In this document: piece after piece, positions 44,547-56,091 of the stretch | Layout: every line of letters begins with the position of its first letter | Position numbering within the stretch: position 1 is the first letter of the stretch | Origin: an uncultured Candidatus Actinomarina sp. | GTDB lineage: Bacteria > Actinomycetota > Acidimicrobiia > Actinomarinales > Actinomarinaceae | Assembly: GCA_902595195.1 (NCBI GenBank) | Contig: CACJPC010000001.1 | Location: 150,654-214,653, forward strand | Reading direction: 5' to 3' | Length of the DNA stretch: 64,000 nucleotides | Position numbers and translations under genes: made by a program | Notes under the pieces: generated by a model | Seen by the model: only the letters and a program-made list of their open reading frames with translations | Told to the model about the DNA's origin: nothing | Databases searched by the model: none

Positions 44547-44615
44547 CACATTTCTTCTGTAAGACGAATGGAAATGAAAAAGTTAGAGTGGTATTATCAA
44601 TTTACTTATTAAAAT

Positions 44616-46163
44616 ATGAATAAATTTAAGTTAAATACAGCGTTTTGGCGAGATGTTAGGTTCCTTAAATGGGCAGGCCAAATTATATTCTTAATAATAA
44701 TTTTTAACCTTATCCGCAACTTTTTTGGTCAAGCAATTACAAATCTAAATGCAACAAACTTACCTTTTTCATGGAGATTTCTAGGTTCTACCCCAGGGAT
44801 TCAAGTTTCAGAGGGTTTCGTAACTTATCCTGAATCTGGTTTACAAGCTCTTCAGATTGGAATGGCGAACATGCTTAGAATCACTGTTTCCGGTATTTTC
44901 TTTGCAACTTTCCTCGGTACACTAATGGGAGTCGCAAGACTTTCCAAAAACTGGATTGTAGAAAGAGCTACTACCGGCTTTGTTGAGACCGTAAGAAATA
45001 TTCCCTTGCTTGTTCAAATATTTTTCTGGCAAGCAGTCATTCTTTCATTTCCAAGACTTGAAGAAGTAGACAGAGGTCAACACGTAGTACATATAAGTGC
45101 AAAAGGAATAGCATTTCCATGGCTTGATCCAGGAGAAGCAAGCTGGTTATTTGGAGTATGGTTTTTATTATCTTTTTCTATCGCTAGAAGAGTATTTAAA
45201 TTAAGAGTCGCAAAGCTTGAAAGAGAAGGAGTAGATACACGACCTGTATTATTTGCTATTGGTGCATTCGTTATTTGGAATGTCGCCGGTTGGTTTGGTG
45301 GCTATAAGGCAGTTGGGGTTATTGGATTTATTGCTTCTTATGTTTCAATGTTGTTTGACTTACTTCCTAGGATAGGACTTCAACTTACATTTATTATTGC
45401 AGCTTCATTTTATGCTTATCGCTATATCGCTAGAGAAATTAAAAGAACAAGAAGTGCTGAGAATAGAGGAATATTAACTGATGATGACATATTTAGAATT
45501 ATTATTGCTGCCTTACTTGTACTTATTTTAATTGTTGGGTTATTTTTGCCTCTAGGCAACTCATTAATGGACTTTCTATTAGGAAATGAATTATTTTTTA
45601 AAGCTGATTGGGGAATACCACAATTTTTTGATGGGATTCAAAATAAGCTTAACTGGGAGTATTCTGGATCACCTTTTACACTTAGTTATCCTGAAGCAAT
45701 CCAGGCAGGCTCTTCGAAGTTTACTAGGTATTCACCTGACGTAGGAAAAATTATGTCTGTAGGATACTTCGCTACTTGGGTAGGTGTAATTTTATATACT
45801 TCAGTTTTTATATCTGAAGTTGTTAGATCTGGAATTATGGCTGTGGCTAAAGGCCAAAGCGAAGCTGGACTCTCACTAGGTTTAAGAAGAAGGACTCTCT
45901 TAAGACTTATTGTCCTCCCTCAAGCACTGAGAATTATGCTTCCACCAATGGGAAACCAATATTTAAATTTAGCCAAAAATACTTCGTTAGGAATAGCTGT
46001 CGCATATCCTGAAATAGTCGCGGTCGGCCAAACTCTTTATAACCAGGAAGGGCAGACTATTGCTGTATTTATTGTTTGGATGGCTTTTTACTCGACAATT
46101 AGTTTAACCCTTTCAACAATTGTTAATTATTACAATAGAAAAATGAAAATTGTGGAGAGATAA
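44616..46163 (+). CDS. amino-acid ABC transporter permease (AapQ/YhdX-like, enlarged)
   Basis: C-terminal HisM/GlnP-type core with the EAA-like loop (GQSEAGLSLGLRRRTLLRLIVLPQALR), preceded by about 300 aa of extra TM helices. Confidence 0.85.
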   Translation: MNKFKLNTAFWRDVRFLKWAGQIIFLIIIFNLIRNFFGQAITNLNATNLPFSWRFLGSTPGIQVSEGFVTYPESGLQALQIGMANMLRITVSGIFFATFLGTLMGVARLSKNWIVERATTGFVETVRNIPLLVQIFFWQAVILSFPRLEEVDRGQHVVHISAKGIAFPWLDPGEASWLFGVWFLLSFSIARRVFKLRVAKLEREGVDTRPVLFAIGAFVIWNVAGWFGGYKAVGVIGFIASYVSMLFDLLPRIGLQLTFIIAASFYAYRYIAREIKRTRSAENRGILTDDDIFRIIIAALLVLILIVGLFLPLGNSLMDFLLGNELFFKADWGIPQFFDGIQNKLNWEYSGSPFTLSYPEAIQAGSSKFTRYSPDVGKIMSVGYFATWVGVILYTSVFISEVVRSGIMAVAKGQSEAGLSLGLRRRTLLRLIVLPQALRIMLPPMGNQYLNLAKNTSLGIAVAYPEIVAVGQTLYNQEGQTIAVFIVWMAFYSTISLTLSTIVNYYNRKMKIVER

Positions 46164-47998
46164 TGGTAGATAATGTAAACATTCAGGAAAGCCCACCAGA
46201 AGTACAATTTGCTGGAGTTAACAGGTGGTTAAGAGAAAATCTTTTTTCTAGCACAGGTTCAGCAATTCTTACATTTGTTTCTATTGGTGCATTGATTGGA
46301 TTGTTTAGATCTATAATCGGATTTTTTATTTCACCTGAACGGGAATGGACAGCGATTACTTATAATCTTAGGCTTTATATGGTTCAAGCTTATCCTGAAT
46401 CAGACTTCATAAGAGTATGGATAACAATTGGTTTGGTTATGGGATTACTTGGTTTAACTTGGGGATTTAATAGTGTAAATGAAAAATCAAGCTTAAAATC
46501 AACTGGCACAACTTTAATGAAAGTTTTCTCATCTCTATTCTTACTTGTCTTAATTGCTCCAACATCTGTAGTTATTGACAAGGTTGAAGGAACAGTTGTT
46601 GACGTATTCCAACAGGAGTTAAGGATTTATTTACTTGCAGTTTTGGCAGGATTAATTTTGGTGTCTTATCTCATAAGAACAAAACTTGCTAGTCAGGAAG
46701 TTTCAAAAGATTACTTAAATATTGGCTATGTTGGCCTTTTAGTAGTTTCAATTTGGTTAATTAAAGTACCTACTGTAACTTTTGATTCATCAAATGTCAG
46801 AATAGAGCCTGACCCTCTTTTGCCTCTCGCAGCTTCAACAAAAAATCCATGGACAGCTCTATACCTGCTACTTGTAGTTACATTTTTTATTGGTAGATAT
46901 TTGAATTCAAAAAATTTAACTTCATTCAAGAGAATTCTGCCTGTTTCTTGGCTCTTAACACCATTAATTGTTGTAACTTGGATTTACAGAAAACCTGACT
47001 TTACGCTTTCACAAATAACTACTGTTGACTTGCCAGTTATCCTTGGTTTTTCAGCAATAGGCTATTTTGTAATTAATTATTTAAATTCTGAAAAACTCAT
47101 GCAGTATCAGAGGTACTTTGTTTATGGTTCATTAATAATTGCAGTATTTGTTTTTTCACTTCCAGTACTTAGACAATTGAAACTGCTTTTCTTTCTATTA
47201 TGGATTTTAATTTCTGTTGCTCCTACAATTGCAAACTCTAAAGAATCTGCAAGAAGCTTATTTATTGTTTGGTCTGTAGCTATTACAATTTTAATCTTAC
47301 TAATGAGAGGTGGAACTTCAGAAACCCTGATAGTTGTACCTGGTTCTTCAATCTACGGTGGCTTTGCTTTGACTTGGGTTTTAGCGTTTTTTGGAATTGC
47401 AATATCTTTTCCTTTTGGAGTCATGCTTGCTTTAGGACGTACTTCAAGCTTGCCTATTATTAGAATAATTTGTACCGCCATAATTGAACTTGTTCGATCT
47501 GTACCTTTCATTACATGGCTTTTCTTTGGAAGCGTTATGTTAACTTTCTTTTTGCCAGCAGGAGTTGAGTTTGATGAAGTTGTAAGGGCAGTAGTTGTTA
47601 CATCTATTTTCAGTGCTGCATATTTAGCTGAAAATGTTAGAGGAGGATTACAGTCTATAAGCAAAGGTCAGTTTGAAGCAGCTGATGCTGTTGGCCTAAG
47701 TACTTTACAAAGAATTTCCTTAATTGTGATGCCTCAAGCATTGAGAGCAGTTATTCCACCAATAGTGAGCCAAGTCATAAGTTTATTTAAAGACACGAGC
47801 TTAGTTGCAATTGTTGGACTGTTTGATTTGCTTTATATAGGTTCTAAAGTTATTCCAAACCAATCTCAAGGAGCTAACTTTCTTGGAACAATACAAGAGA
47901 ATATTTTATTCTGTGCAATATTTTATTGGATTTTTACTTACAGCTTTGCAAGAAGAAGCATGAAAATTGAAAAACGATTAGGATTAGGAGAAAGATAA
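46163..47998 (+). CDS. amino-acid ABC transporter permease (AapM/YhdY-like) with a very long polytopic N-terminal extension
   Basis: The C-terminal ~230 aa form the permease core ([27 protein letters not shown]). The N-terminal ~380 aa consist of about 10 hydrophobic helices. ATGA-type overlap with the upstream permease. Confidence 0.85.
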   Translation: MVDNVNIQESPPEVQFAGVNRWLRENLFSSTGSAILTFVSIGALIGLFRSIIGFFISPEREWTAITYNLRLYMVQAYPESDFIRVWITIGLVMGLLGLTWGFNSVNEKSSLKSTGTTLMKVFSSLFLLVLIAPTSVVIDKVEGTVVDVFQQELRIYLLAVLAGLILVSYLIRTKLASQEVSKDYLNIGYVGLLVVSIWLIKVPTVTFDSSNVRIEPDPLLPLAASTKNPWTALYLLLVVTFFIGRYLNSKNLTSFKRILPVSWLLTPLIVVTWIYRKPDFTLSQITTVDLPVILGFSAIGYFVINYLNSEKLMQYQRYFVYGSLIIAVFVFSLPVLRQLKLLFFLLWILISVAPTIANSKESARSLFIVWSVAITILILLMRGGTSETLIVVPGSSIYGGFALTWVLAFFGIAISFPFGVMLALGRTSSLPIIRIICTAIIELVRSVPFITWLFFGSVMLTFFLPAGVEFDEVVRAVVVTSIFSAAYLAENVRGGLQSISKGQFEAADAVGLSTLQRISLIVMPQALRAVIPPIVSQVISLFKDTSLVAIVGLFDLLYIGSKVIPNQSQGANFLGTIQENILFCAIFYWIFTYSFARRSMKIEKRLGLGER

Positions 47999-48005
47999 TC
48001 AAATT

Positions 48006-48734
48006 ATGAGCATAATACAATCAATTGACGTAAAAAAATGGTACGGCGACTTCCAAGCCTTAAAAGGCATAACAATGGATGTTGCAGAAGGAGAAGTACT
48101 AGTTATTTGCGGTCCATCAGGTTCAGGCAAATCAACTTTTATTAGATGCATTAATAGACTTGAGCAACATCAAGATGGTCAAATTATTGTAGACGGAATA
48201 GAGCTTACAAATGACTTAAAAAATATTGAAGCGATTAGATCCGAAGTTGGAATGGTGTTTCAAAGCTTCAACTTGTTTCCACATTTAACAGTTTTACAAA
48301 ATATCACACTAGCTCCAATTTGGGTCAGAAAGAAAAGTAAATCTGAAGCAGAAGAGAAAGCCATGGAATTGCTTGAAAGGGTAGGTATACCTGAGCAGGC
48401 TGATAAATTTCCTGGGCAACTTTCTGGTGGTCAACAACAAAGAGTAGCTATTGCAAGAGCACTAGCTATGGAGCCAAAGATTATGCTTTTTGACGAACCT
48501 ACTTCTGCATTAGATCCTGAAATGATCAAAGAAGTATTAGATGTTATGAAAGAATTAGCACAATCTGGTATGACAATGATTGTTGTTACTCATGAAATGG
48601 GCTTTGCAAAAGAAGTTGCAGATAGAGTCATGTTATTTGATGAAGGTCAACTTGTAGAGCAAAACACTCCTGAAGAATTCTTTAATAATCCTGAGAGTGA
48701 CAGAACTAAGCTATTTTTGAGTCAAATTCTCTAA
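48006..48734 (+). CDS. amino-acid ABC transporter ATP-binding protein
   Basis: Walker [10 protein letters not shown], signature [15 protein letters not shown], Walker [12 protein letters not shown]. Confidence 0.95.
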   Translation: MSIIQSIDVKKWYGDFQALKGITMDVAEGEVLVICGPSGSGKSTFIRCINRLEQHQDGQIIVDGIELTNDLKNIEAIRSEVGMVFQSFNLFPHLTVLQNITLAPIWVRKKSKSEAEEKAMELLERVGIPEQADKFPGQLSGGQQQRVAIARALAMEPKIMLFDEPTSALDPEMIKEVLDVMKELAQSGMTMIVVTHEMGFAKEVADRVMLFDEGQLVEQNTPEEFFNNPESDRTKLFLSQIL

Positions 48735-49873
48735 AGATTATCCCAGAGATTTTTTTCAGCTAAATCAATAATTGTAGTCCCCATTGCATAAGCACCGTCA
48801 TATATAGCTTTGTGACCACCTGAAGTAATAGTTGCAGCAGCATATTCTGGTTGATGATTTACTGCGTTTTTAGCATCTATAGACAACATAGGATGAATTG
48901 ACGGGAATACTTGAGAAATATTTCCCATATCTGTGGATCCTAAACCAGGGCTTGTAGCGTCTTTTTGCAAAATCATTTTTCGATCTATATCAGCAGAATT
49001 AGCTACATATAGTTCATACATTGTTTTATTATTATCAATTTCTTCATAGCGATAATCAGGAAAAGTTATTTTTACTTCACACTTTGTAGACAAAGCTGCT
49101 GCATTAGCAAAATTGTAAAAATCACTTTCAAGTTTGTCTAGCCCTTCTTTATTTAAGGATCTCAAATACCATTCAGATTTTGTATATGAAGGGATTATGT
49201 TTGGCTTAAAGCCGCCCTCTTTGATAACACCATGCATTCTATTGCTCTGTACCATTTGTTGTCTATATGTTGATGCATTTACAAAAAGTTGGATTTGCGC
49301 ATCTAGAGCATTAATTCCTTCTTGAGGTGCTCCAGCAGCATGAGCATCTTTACCAAAAAATTCAACAGTGTATTGCTGTATAGTTGTAAAGGTAGGGTTA
49401 ACTACATTTTCGTATCCTGGATGAATCATCATTGAACATTTAGCATCCTCAAAAGCACCATTATCAAGTAAAATAATTTTTCCTCCACCACCTTCTTCAG
49501 CTGGAGTTCCAAGAAGTTTTACTCTAATACCTAAATCATTTGCTAAATTTTGCAAGCCTAAACCAGCACCAATTGATGCAGTTGCAATGATATTATGTCC
49601 ACATGCATGCCCAATTTCAGGTAGAGCATCATATTCAACGCACAACACAACAAGGGGTCCAGAATCTCCAAAAGTTACATCGAAAGCCGTCTCAAGACTA
49701 TGTGAAGGATAATTAACTTTTGCATTTTTGCTTTCAATAAAATTTACTAAGTATTTTGAAGTTTCATATTCCTCAAAACCTAGTTCTGGGTTGTGGTACA
49801 TCCAATCACTTACATCACAAAGCTCTTTGTATAGACTATCTAATGTATCTTTGAACTTTTCTTTATTGGTCAT
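48731..49873 (-). CDS. M20 family amidohydrolase/peptidase
   Basis: GHACGHN metal-binding motif, [11 protein letters not shown] and 380 aa. Confidence 0.8.
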   Translation of the reverse strand: MTNKEKFKDTLDSLYKELCDVSDWMYHNPELGFEEYETSKYLVNFIESKNAKVNYPSHSLETAFDVTFGDSGPLVVLCVEYDALPEIGHACGHNIIATASIGAGLGLQNLANDLGIRVKLLGTPAEEGGGGKIILLDNGAFEDAKCSMMIHPGYENVVNPTFTTIQQYTVEFFGKDAHAAGAPQEGINALDAQIQLFVNASTYRQQMVQSNRMHGVIKEGGFKPNIIPSYTKSEWYLRSLNKEGLDKLESDFYNFANAAALSTKCEVKITFPDYRYEEIDNNKTMYELYVANSADIDRKMILQKDATSPGLGSTDMGNISQVFPSIHPMLSIDAKNAVNHQPEYAAATITSGGHKAIYDGAYAMGTTIIDLAEKNLWDNL

Positions 49874-51159
49874 GATTCGATTTTAGTAAAATAATTTGCA
49901 TCATACATACTCGAATTGTTCCAAATTATCCAATCGAGCCCAAGATCCTCTGCAGCTTTTATATTTAGTCTCACATCTTCTGAGGTATGCCAAAATCCTT
50001 GCAAATAAGGCCGCAACTGTTCAACCTTAGTTCCTCTATATAGTCCGTCACTGAGTGCAGCAGTAACAACTTCATAGGGATGTTTGTTTGGATATTTATA
50101 ACCAAAGGATCCATTTGAATAATGAGACGGATAAACCATCGGTGATATAAAATCTACTGACTTAACAATAGTTTCCAAATGTTGACCAATTCCATTATCA
50201 GACTCAGATTGTAAAACATATCCAAATATGTCTGCAGATACTAAACAGCCTTCTCCATGAAGTATTTTTGTTGCCTCATATAAAAATGAATTTATATTTC
50301 GTGTTCTATTTTCAAAATTACTTTCTTCTTCATAAACTAGATGGTTATTAACTGCATCTGGGTATCTAATATAATCAAATTGAATTTCATCAAAACCTAA
50401 ATGACATGCTTCTATTGCAATATTTAATATATAATTTCTACTTTTTTGATCACTTGGATCAAGAAAATACTGTCCATTTTTTGAAAAAATAGAATTAGTT
50501 TTAGAGTTAAATACAGATGAATCTTCGTATGTTTTTGCAAATAGAGGATCTTGAAAAGCAACAACTCTTCCAATTAAATATAAATTGTGATTAGTTTTAA
50601 GTTCTTCGAGAGATGTCTTATTAAATTTTACTCTTTCATTATTAATTTCATAGCTTTCTTGAACATTGCTGTCATACATTAAATGACCATGGTCTGTCTT
50701 AACATCAATTACTAGAGTATTCACAATGGTTTCGTCAATTATTGCTTTAATAGATGACATTTTGTCTAAATTTAAAAAGTCATAGCTATTTAAATAAATC
50801 CCTTTGATTCCACCAAATTCATTTACAAATTCTCTATATTCATAAATTGCTAAATTTCTATTCAATTCTTTGTTAATTTGAATAATTGAGCTTTCATAAT
50901 TTTGGATTAAATTACTTTCAAACTCTAAATCAGTTACCTCTAGTTCATCTAATTTGATTTTCAGAAGAGCTACTTGATCATTAGTAAAGTTTATTTCTTG
51001 AGGATTTTTTACCTGAGCTTTAACTACAGTATGAATTAACTCAGTTGTTATATTTTTTACAAGTTCGAAATAGTTAACATTTTCATTTTCAAGATTCTCA
51101 ATAGTAAGTGGAAAAACAATTAATAAAATAGATAAAAATATAAAAACTACCCTGTTCAT
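49870..51159 (-). CDS. putative glycoside hydrolase-like TIM-barrel protein (DUF4015-like), secreted or membrane-anchored
   Basis: N-terminal hydrophobic anchor and the block GFDEIQFDYIRYPD, typical from memory of DUF4015. Confidence 0.6.
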   Translation of the reverse strand: MNRVVFIFLSILLIVFPLTIENLENENVNYFELVKNITTELIHTVVKAQVKNPQEINFTNDQVALLKIKLDELEVTDLEFESNLIQNYESSIIQINKELNRNLAIYEYREFVNEFGGIKGIYLNSYDFLNLDKMSSIKAIIDETIVNTLVIDVKTDHGHLMYDSNVQESYEINNERVKFNKTSLEELKTNHNLYLIGRVVAFQDPLFAKTYEDSSVFNSKTNSIFSKNGQYFLDPSDQKSRNYILNIAIEACHLGFDEIQFDYIRYPDAVNNHLVYEEESNFENRTRNINSFLYEATKILHGEGCLVSADIFGYVLQSESDNGIGQHLETIVKSVDFISPMVYPSHYSNGSFGYKYPNKHPYEVVTAALSDGLYRGTKVEQLRPYLQGFWHTSEDVRLNIKAAEDLGLDWIIWNNSSMYDANYFTKIES

Positions 51160-51271
51160 AATCTCATATTAAGGTCTCTTCTGAAAATATCCAAAAGTTA
51201 GACAATTAAAAATAAAAATAAAAGATAGACTTAATAATGTAATTAATTTTTTAAAACAAGAGGAGCTCTCA

Positions 51272-52963
51272 ATGTCAGATAATCAATTAATCGGTCTTGC
51301 TGAAGATTTTTTTCAAAATTCCTTGGACTCATCTCCAACTTCTGCAATCATGCGAGGACATAAAAAATATTTTGATCAAATAGAAGAACTAACAGAAGAT
51401 CAATTTCAAAAAGAAAAAGAAACTGTTGATAACTTTATTCAACGTTTAAATGCTATTGAGAAAGACAGTCTAACAAGCAGAGAACAAGTAACTCATGGAA
51501 TGTTAGAGTTTGCTCTTAGTTCAAACCAAGACTCTCTTCTTGATAGAAGTTGGGAATTTGGAGCTGGAGTATCTGGTTTTACTGGATTTTTAATTGATTA
51601 CAATCAACAAATGTTTGTTCCTGATTCTGAATCGGCAGACATGATGTTAAAAAGACTTGAATTATACAAGAGACTTTACACCCAAATTGCCGAAGTTCAA
51701 AAAGAGGGTCTAAATAACAATAGAGTTGCAACTGAAAGAAACTTATTAAGAACTATTGATCAGTTAGAAAACTACCTAGCTTCTTCTTTAGATCAGGACC
51801 CATTGCTTTTAGTCAATTTCTCACCTGAGGTTTCAGGTTCAGAAATATCTGAATGGAAAGATAAAGCAAAAAATATTATTGAAGCAAATATTAGGCCAAC
51901 TGTATCAGCTTATTTGGATCAATTAAAAACTGAGCATCTTCCTAAAGGGCGAGGAGATGACAAGTGTGGGATTATGTGGATTGATGGTGGAGAAGAGTCT
52001 TATTTAAGATCATTAAGAAAATACACAGGACACAAAGCAACAACGGTAAAAGAAGTGCATGAAATAGGTCTATCAGAGATAGAGAGATTAAAAAAAGAAT
52101 TTTTTGAAATTGGAAAAAATGTATTTGATGGAGTTGGTACTCCTGAAGATGTAATACACAAAATGCAAACAGAACCTTCAATGAGATATGAAAGCAAAGA
52201 GCAGATGCTACAGCTCGCAATTGATACTATAGAGAGAGCTTATAAACCTTTGGATGAATGGTTTACAGTGTTTCCACAATCTCCATGCAAAGTGCTCCCA
52301 GTGCCGGCTGAATCTGAGCAACATGCTCCGCCTGCTTATTACTACCCACCTTTACCAGATGGGTCAAGAGATGGTACTTATTTTCTTAATACATATAAAG
52401 CAGAAACAAAAAGCATTTTTGAGGCTGAATCGGTTGCGTTTCATGAGGCTATACCTGGTCACCATCTTGACAGAACTATTGCAGTAGAACTACAAGATGT
52501 TCCAGATTTTCAGAGATATGTAGCATCAACAGCATTTGTTGAAGGCTGGGGACTGTACGCAGAGCAATTAGCAAATGAGATGGGACTTTACTCAAGTGAT
52601 GTACAACAACTCGGTCGATTAGGAAATGATGCTTGGAGAGCATGTCGTCTTGTTCTTGACACGGGGATGCATGGTATGGGATGGTCTAGAGATAAAGCTA
52701 TTGATTTTTTCAAAGCCAACTCACCAATTGAAGAAATAAATGCAAATATTGAAACTGATAGGTATATTGCTTGGCCAGGACAAGCATGTTCTTATAAGAT
52801 GGGCCAGCTAAAGATTGAAGAGCTTAGAAGAAAAGCAGAAACTGAACTCGGTGATAAGTTTGACATAAGATATTTCCATGATGAAGTTTTGTGCGATGGT
52901 GGAATAACGCTTCCTATTTTAGAAAATAAGATTGAGAATTTTATCAATAAATATAAAAATTAA
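51272..52963 (+). CDS. DUF885 family protein (putative metallopeptidase)
   Basis: HEAIPGHHLD motif and the EGWGLYAE block are characteristic of DUF885. Confidence 0.75.
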   Translation: MSDNQLIGLAEDFFQNSLDSSPTSAIMRGHKKYFDQIEELTEDQFQKEKETVDNFIQRLNAIEKDSLTSREQVTHGMLEFALSSNQDSLLDRSWEFGAGVSGFTGFLIDYNQQMFVPDSESADMMLKRLELYKRLYTQIAEVQKEGLNNNRVATERNLLRTIDQLENYLASSLDQDPLLLVNFSPEVSGSEISEWKDKAKNIIEANIRPTVSAYLDQLKTEHLPKGRGDDKCGIMWIDGGEESYLRSLRKYTGHKATTVKEVHEIGLSEIERLKKEFFEIGKNVFDGVGTPEDVIHKMQTEPSMRYESKEQMLQLAIDTIERAYKPLDEWFTVFPQSPCKVLPVPAESEQHAPPAYYYPPLPDGSRDGTYFLNTYKAETKSIFEAESVAFHEAIPGHHLDRTIAVELQDVPDFQRYVASTAFVEGWGLYAEQLANEMGLYSSDVQQLGRLGNDAWRACRLVLDTGMHGMGWSRDKAIDFFKANSPIEEINANIETDRYIAWPGQACSYKMGQLKIEELRRKAETELGDKFDIRYFHDEVLCDGGITLPILENKIENFINKYKN

Positions 52964-52968
52964 TCTTT

Positions 52969-54120
52969 TTAACTAACAAATATATAGGTAAGCTTTCTCC
53001 AAAGCCACTCTAAGGGCCCAAACTTGAAGACTTCCAATATGCGTTTGGACCAAAAGTATTGTAGAAAAACAATTGTGATTACATAAAGTATCAATTCCGA
53101 CCTAGTAAATTGACCTTTTGTGAAAACTAAATTTAATACGAAGAGACTCAGTAGTGTCTGTGATATATAGTTTGTAAAAGCCATCCTGCCACAAGCTCTG
53201 ATTCTTTGAGCAAAAAGATTATTTCTAGAATTTATTATGGTTAATAAGCCAATGTATCCACATACCATAGGAATTATCGAGATAGTATTAAAAAACCTAC
53301 TTGGTAAAAATGTAGAAGCTGCATAGTTTCCAGAAATTAAGAGGTAGGATCCGTATGCAGCAAAAGGAATTCCTATTCCAAATCCATAGTAAAAAAATTT
53401 TTTATAGAATAGTGTATTTTTATTGCCTTGAAAGATATTCAAACGATAAAGAAGCATACCAAAAATCATTAAGGCAAGTGCTCTAATGAAACCGTCAGCT
53501 AAGACCCATAAAGCAATTATATTCCCTATGCCTTCAGTCTCGGGAAACCATAATTTTCCAAAGCTTTTACTTCCACCTTTGCTAAATAATTCAATCCAAA
53601 TTCCTTCTCCAATTAAAAAACCATTTTCATCATATAAGCTGTTAACTGATTGTGTTATATAAAGCAATCCTGAGAAAATAAATGCAGTTATAGCTGATAA
53701 AATCTTTGTGTTTTCTATTTTTACAATTTGAGTAAGAATTATAAAGATTGAACAAATTGCATATGCAGTAAGAATATCTCCTTCCCATAGAAAAAAATGA
53801 GCAATACCAAAAAAAAGTAAAAGCGAGTTTCTCCATAAAGATAGTATTAAAGGCTTACTTGTTTTGCCTTTCGCTCTTTCGTAAAAAATTACCATGCCCG
53901 CACCAAAAAGAGCTGAGAATAACCCCATCATTTTACTATCAAAAAATACTGCAGAAATTACTATCACTATCCAGTCCAGTAGATTTTCCACACCGTAGCT
54001 CAAGTGATTCATATATGCACTATCAGGTAATCCAAATGAAACAACATTCATCACCAATATTCCCATAAGTGCGATGCCTCTTATGAAGTCAAGATTTGTA
54101 ATTCTTTGAGCTGAATTCAT
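52969..54120 (-). CDS. DUF418/DUF1624 (YeiB-like) membrane protein
   Basis: RITNLDFIRGIALMGILVMNV N-terminus and C-terminal GPLEWLWRKLTY. Start trimmed to ATG 54120, because the longer ORF would overlap hspR by 113 nt with Lys-rich filler. Confidence 0.75.
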   Translation of the reverse strand: MNSAQRITNLDFIRGIALMGILVMNVVSFGLPDSAYMNHLSYGVENLLDWIVIVISAVFFDSKMMGLFSALFGAGMVIFYERAKGKTSKPLILSLWRNSLLLFFGIAHFFLWEGDILTAYAICSIFIILTQIVKIENTKILSAITAFIFSGLLYITQSVNSLYDENGFLIGEGIWIELFSKGGSKSFGKLWFPETEGIGNIIALWVLADGFIRALALMIFGMLLYRLNIFQGNKNTLFYKKFFYYGFGIGIPFAAYGSYLLISGNYAASTFLPSRFFNTISIIPMVCGYIGLLTIINSRNNLFAQRIRACGRMAFTNYISQTLLSLFVLNLVFTKGQFTRSELILYVITIVFLQYFWSKRILEVFKFGPLEWLWRKLTYIFVS

Positions 54121-54136
54121 TTCAGCAAAAGTATAA

Positions 54137-54520
54137 CTATCTTCGTATGGATTTATCTGACTTTTTAACGATTTCGTTTCTGTAACTTTTGTGAATTTCT
54201 TTTTCTTTATTTTTAGAGTCAATTTTTTGATTTGAAATCTCATTCTCAAGCAAGAGAATTTTATTTTGTAGTTCTTCTATTTTGTCTTTCATTTCGTAAA
54301 TAATTTTTATTCCATCTAAATTAATTCCCCTTTGAGAAAGGTTTTGAATTTGAATTAATTTATCGATGTCTTCTTGAGAGTATCGTCTTGTACCACCACC
54401 AGTTCTATATGGTTTTATTAAGCCTTTCATTTCATATGTCCTAATAGTTTGTTGATGAATCCCAGACAAGCTTGAGGCTACAGAAATAAAATATATTGCT
54501 TTTGAATCTTCGTTACTCAT
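54137..54520 (-). CDS. hspR: MerR-family heat-shock repressor HspR
   Basis: HTH block YFISVASSLSGIHQQTIRTYEMKGLIKPYRTGGGTRRYSQEDIDKL and position as the last gene of the dnaK operon. ATGAGTAA-type overlap with the dnaJ stop (start ATG 54520). Confidence 0.85.
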   Translation of the reverse strand: MSNEDSKAIYFISVASSLSGIHQQTIRTYEMKGLIKPYRTGGGTRRYSQEDIDKLIQIQNLSQRGINLDGIKIIYEMKDKIEELQNKILLLENEISNQKIDSKNKEKEIHKSYRNEIVKKSDKSIRR

Positions 54521-55598
54521 ACAAATAATCCCTTGGGGAATCTCCAGACTCAAATTGATCTCTATAGTTTTCTAGATGTTTTTTTGCAGACCTTGATAAA
54601 TTTGTTGGAGGGGTTATGTAAACTTTTACAAATAAATCTCCAGGCCTTCTGCCTTGCGGAGCAATTCCCTCACCTTTTATTTTGAACGTTTTACCACTTG
54701 GAGTACCTGCAGGAACTTTTAATGTTACAGATTTTTCAAGCGTTGGTATTTTTACACTTGCACCAAGAGCAGCCTCTGTAAATAGCAAAGGAACTTCAAG
54801 AATAAGATCACTGTTACTTCTCTTAAAAAATTTGTGTGGTTCAACAGCAACTTGAACTAATAAATCTCCATCTGGCGCACCCGCATCCCCAGGACCTCCT
54901 CTTCCACGTAATCTAATCACTGTTCCATTATCAACTCCTGCAGGCACTTTTACTTTTATAGATTCATTTTCAACAACAGAACCAGAACTCCTACATGTTT
55001 TACATGCTTTATCAATAACATTTCCTTGACCCTTACAGGCAGAACAAGTTTGTGCAAAAGAAAAAAAACCTTGATTAGAGGCAGTTTGTCCACTTCCGTT
55101 GCAAATGTTACATCTATGAAACGCCTCTCCTTTATCAGCTCCAGTGCCTTTACAAGCCGAACAAGCAACTTCTTTACGTAGAGGTATTACAGTTTCTACG
55201 CCCTTAGCTGCTTCATCAAAAGATATGTTTATATTTGTTTGATATGTCTGGCCTTTTCTTCTTCCACCAGAGCCTCCAAATCCAAAAATATCACCTAAAT
55301 TTCCAAACAAGTCACCAAAATCGTCTACATTGAATCCCTGACCACCAAAGCCTCCAAAACCCGAAGCTCCCATTGCACGTACTTGATCGTATTCTTGTCT
55401 TTTTCTTTCATCTCCCAAAACTGAGCTTGCTTCTGAAATTTCTTTGAATTTCTTTTCTGCTTCTGTATCACCTGGATTTAAATCTGGGTGATTTTCTCTG
55501 GCTAATTTTTTATACGCTTTTTTTATATCTTCGGTGCTAGCATCTTTTGAGACACCTAGTGTGGCGTAAAAATCCTTGTCTAACCAGTCCCTACTCAC
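54513..55598 (-). CDS. dnaJ: chaperone DnaJ
   Basis: J domain with HPD (NHPDLNPGD), a G/F region and four CxxCxGxG repeats. Confidence 0.95.
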   Translation of the reverse strand: MSRDWLDKDFYATLGVSKDASTEDIKKAYKKLARENHPDLNPGDTEAEKKFKEISEASSVLGDERKRQEYDQVRAMGASGFGGFGGQGFNVDDFGDLFGNLGDIFGFGGSGGRRKGQTYQTNINISFDEAAKGVETVIPLRKEVACSACKGTGADKGEAFHRCNICNGSGQTASNQGFFSFAQTCSACKGQGNVIDKACKTCRSSGSVVENESIKVKVPAGVDNGTVIRLRGRGGPGDAGAPDGDLLVQVAVEPHKFFKRSNSDLILEVPLLFTEAALGASVKIPTLEKSVTLKVPAGTPSGKTFKIKGEGIAPQGRRPGDLFVKVYITPPTNLSRSAKKHLENYRDQFESGDSPRDYLYE

Positions 55599-56091
55599 TT
55601 TTAACTTTTACCATTGCAGGGCGAATTAATTTACCTTGAAATAGATAACCTTTTCTTAAGATTGTTTCAACTACTTGAGTTTCTCCCTCTCCCGAATGCT
55701 CAACAGCCTCATGCATAGAGGGATCAAAATTTTCTCCAATAGTTCCAATTTCTTCAACCTGCAGACCCTCTAAAACTGAAGTTAGAAGGTTGTTGAAAGT
55801 TTCAAGTTCTTCTGAAACTTCTTCTTGATTCATAGCCATATCAAAGTTATCGATTAGTGGGAAAAGAGAGTTAACAAAATAAGCAACAGATGCTGCACTT
55901 ATACTTTCTTTTTCTTTTTCAGTTCTCTTTTTGAAATTATCAAATTCTGCAGCAAGTCTTAGATAGTCGTCTTTTATTTTTTCATATTGTGAAAGAGGTA
56001 CTGAAGTTTCTTCATTTACATTTTTCTCATCTAAAGATTCTCCAGAAGTATTATCTACTTCCTCAATCAAAGACTCTTCTTCTTTACTCAT
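55591..56091 (-). CDS. grpE: nucleotide exchange factor GrpE
   Basis: [12 protein letters not shown] and the C-terminal GY..GK.IRPAMV pattern. Confidence 0.9.
   Translation of the reverse strand: MSKEEESLIEEVDNTSGESLDEKNVNEETSVPLSQYEKIKDDYLRLAAEFDNFKKRTEKEKESISAASVAYFVNSLFPLIDNFDMAMNQEEVSEELETFNNLLTSVLEGLQVEEIGTIGENFDPSMHEAVEHSGEGETQVVETILRKGYLFQGKLIRPAMVKVKSE

Noticed and set aside
54121-54249. N-terminal 43 codons of ORF 52969..54249 and N-terminal 11 codons of ORF 54137..54553
   Set aside because: These extensions would overlap the upstream genes (hspR, dnaJ) by 113 and 41 nt, and they encode Lys-rich or non-conserved filler. Internal ATGs at 54120 and 54520 give canonical N-termini.
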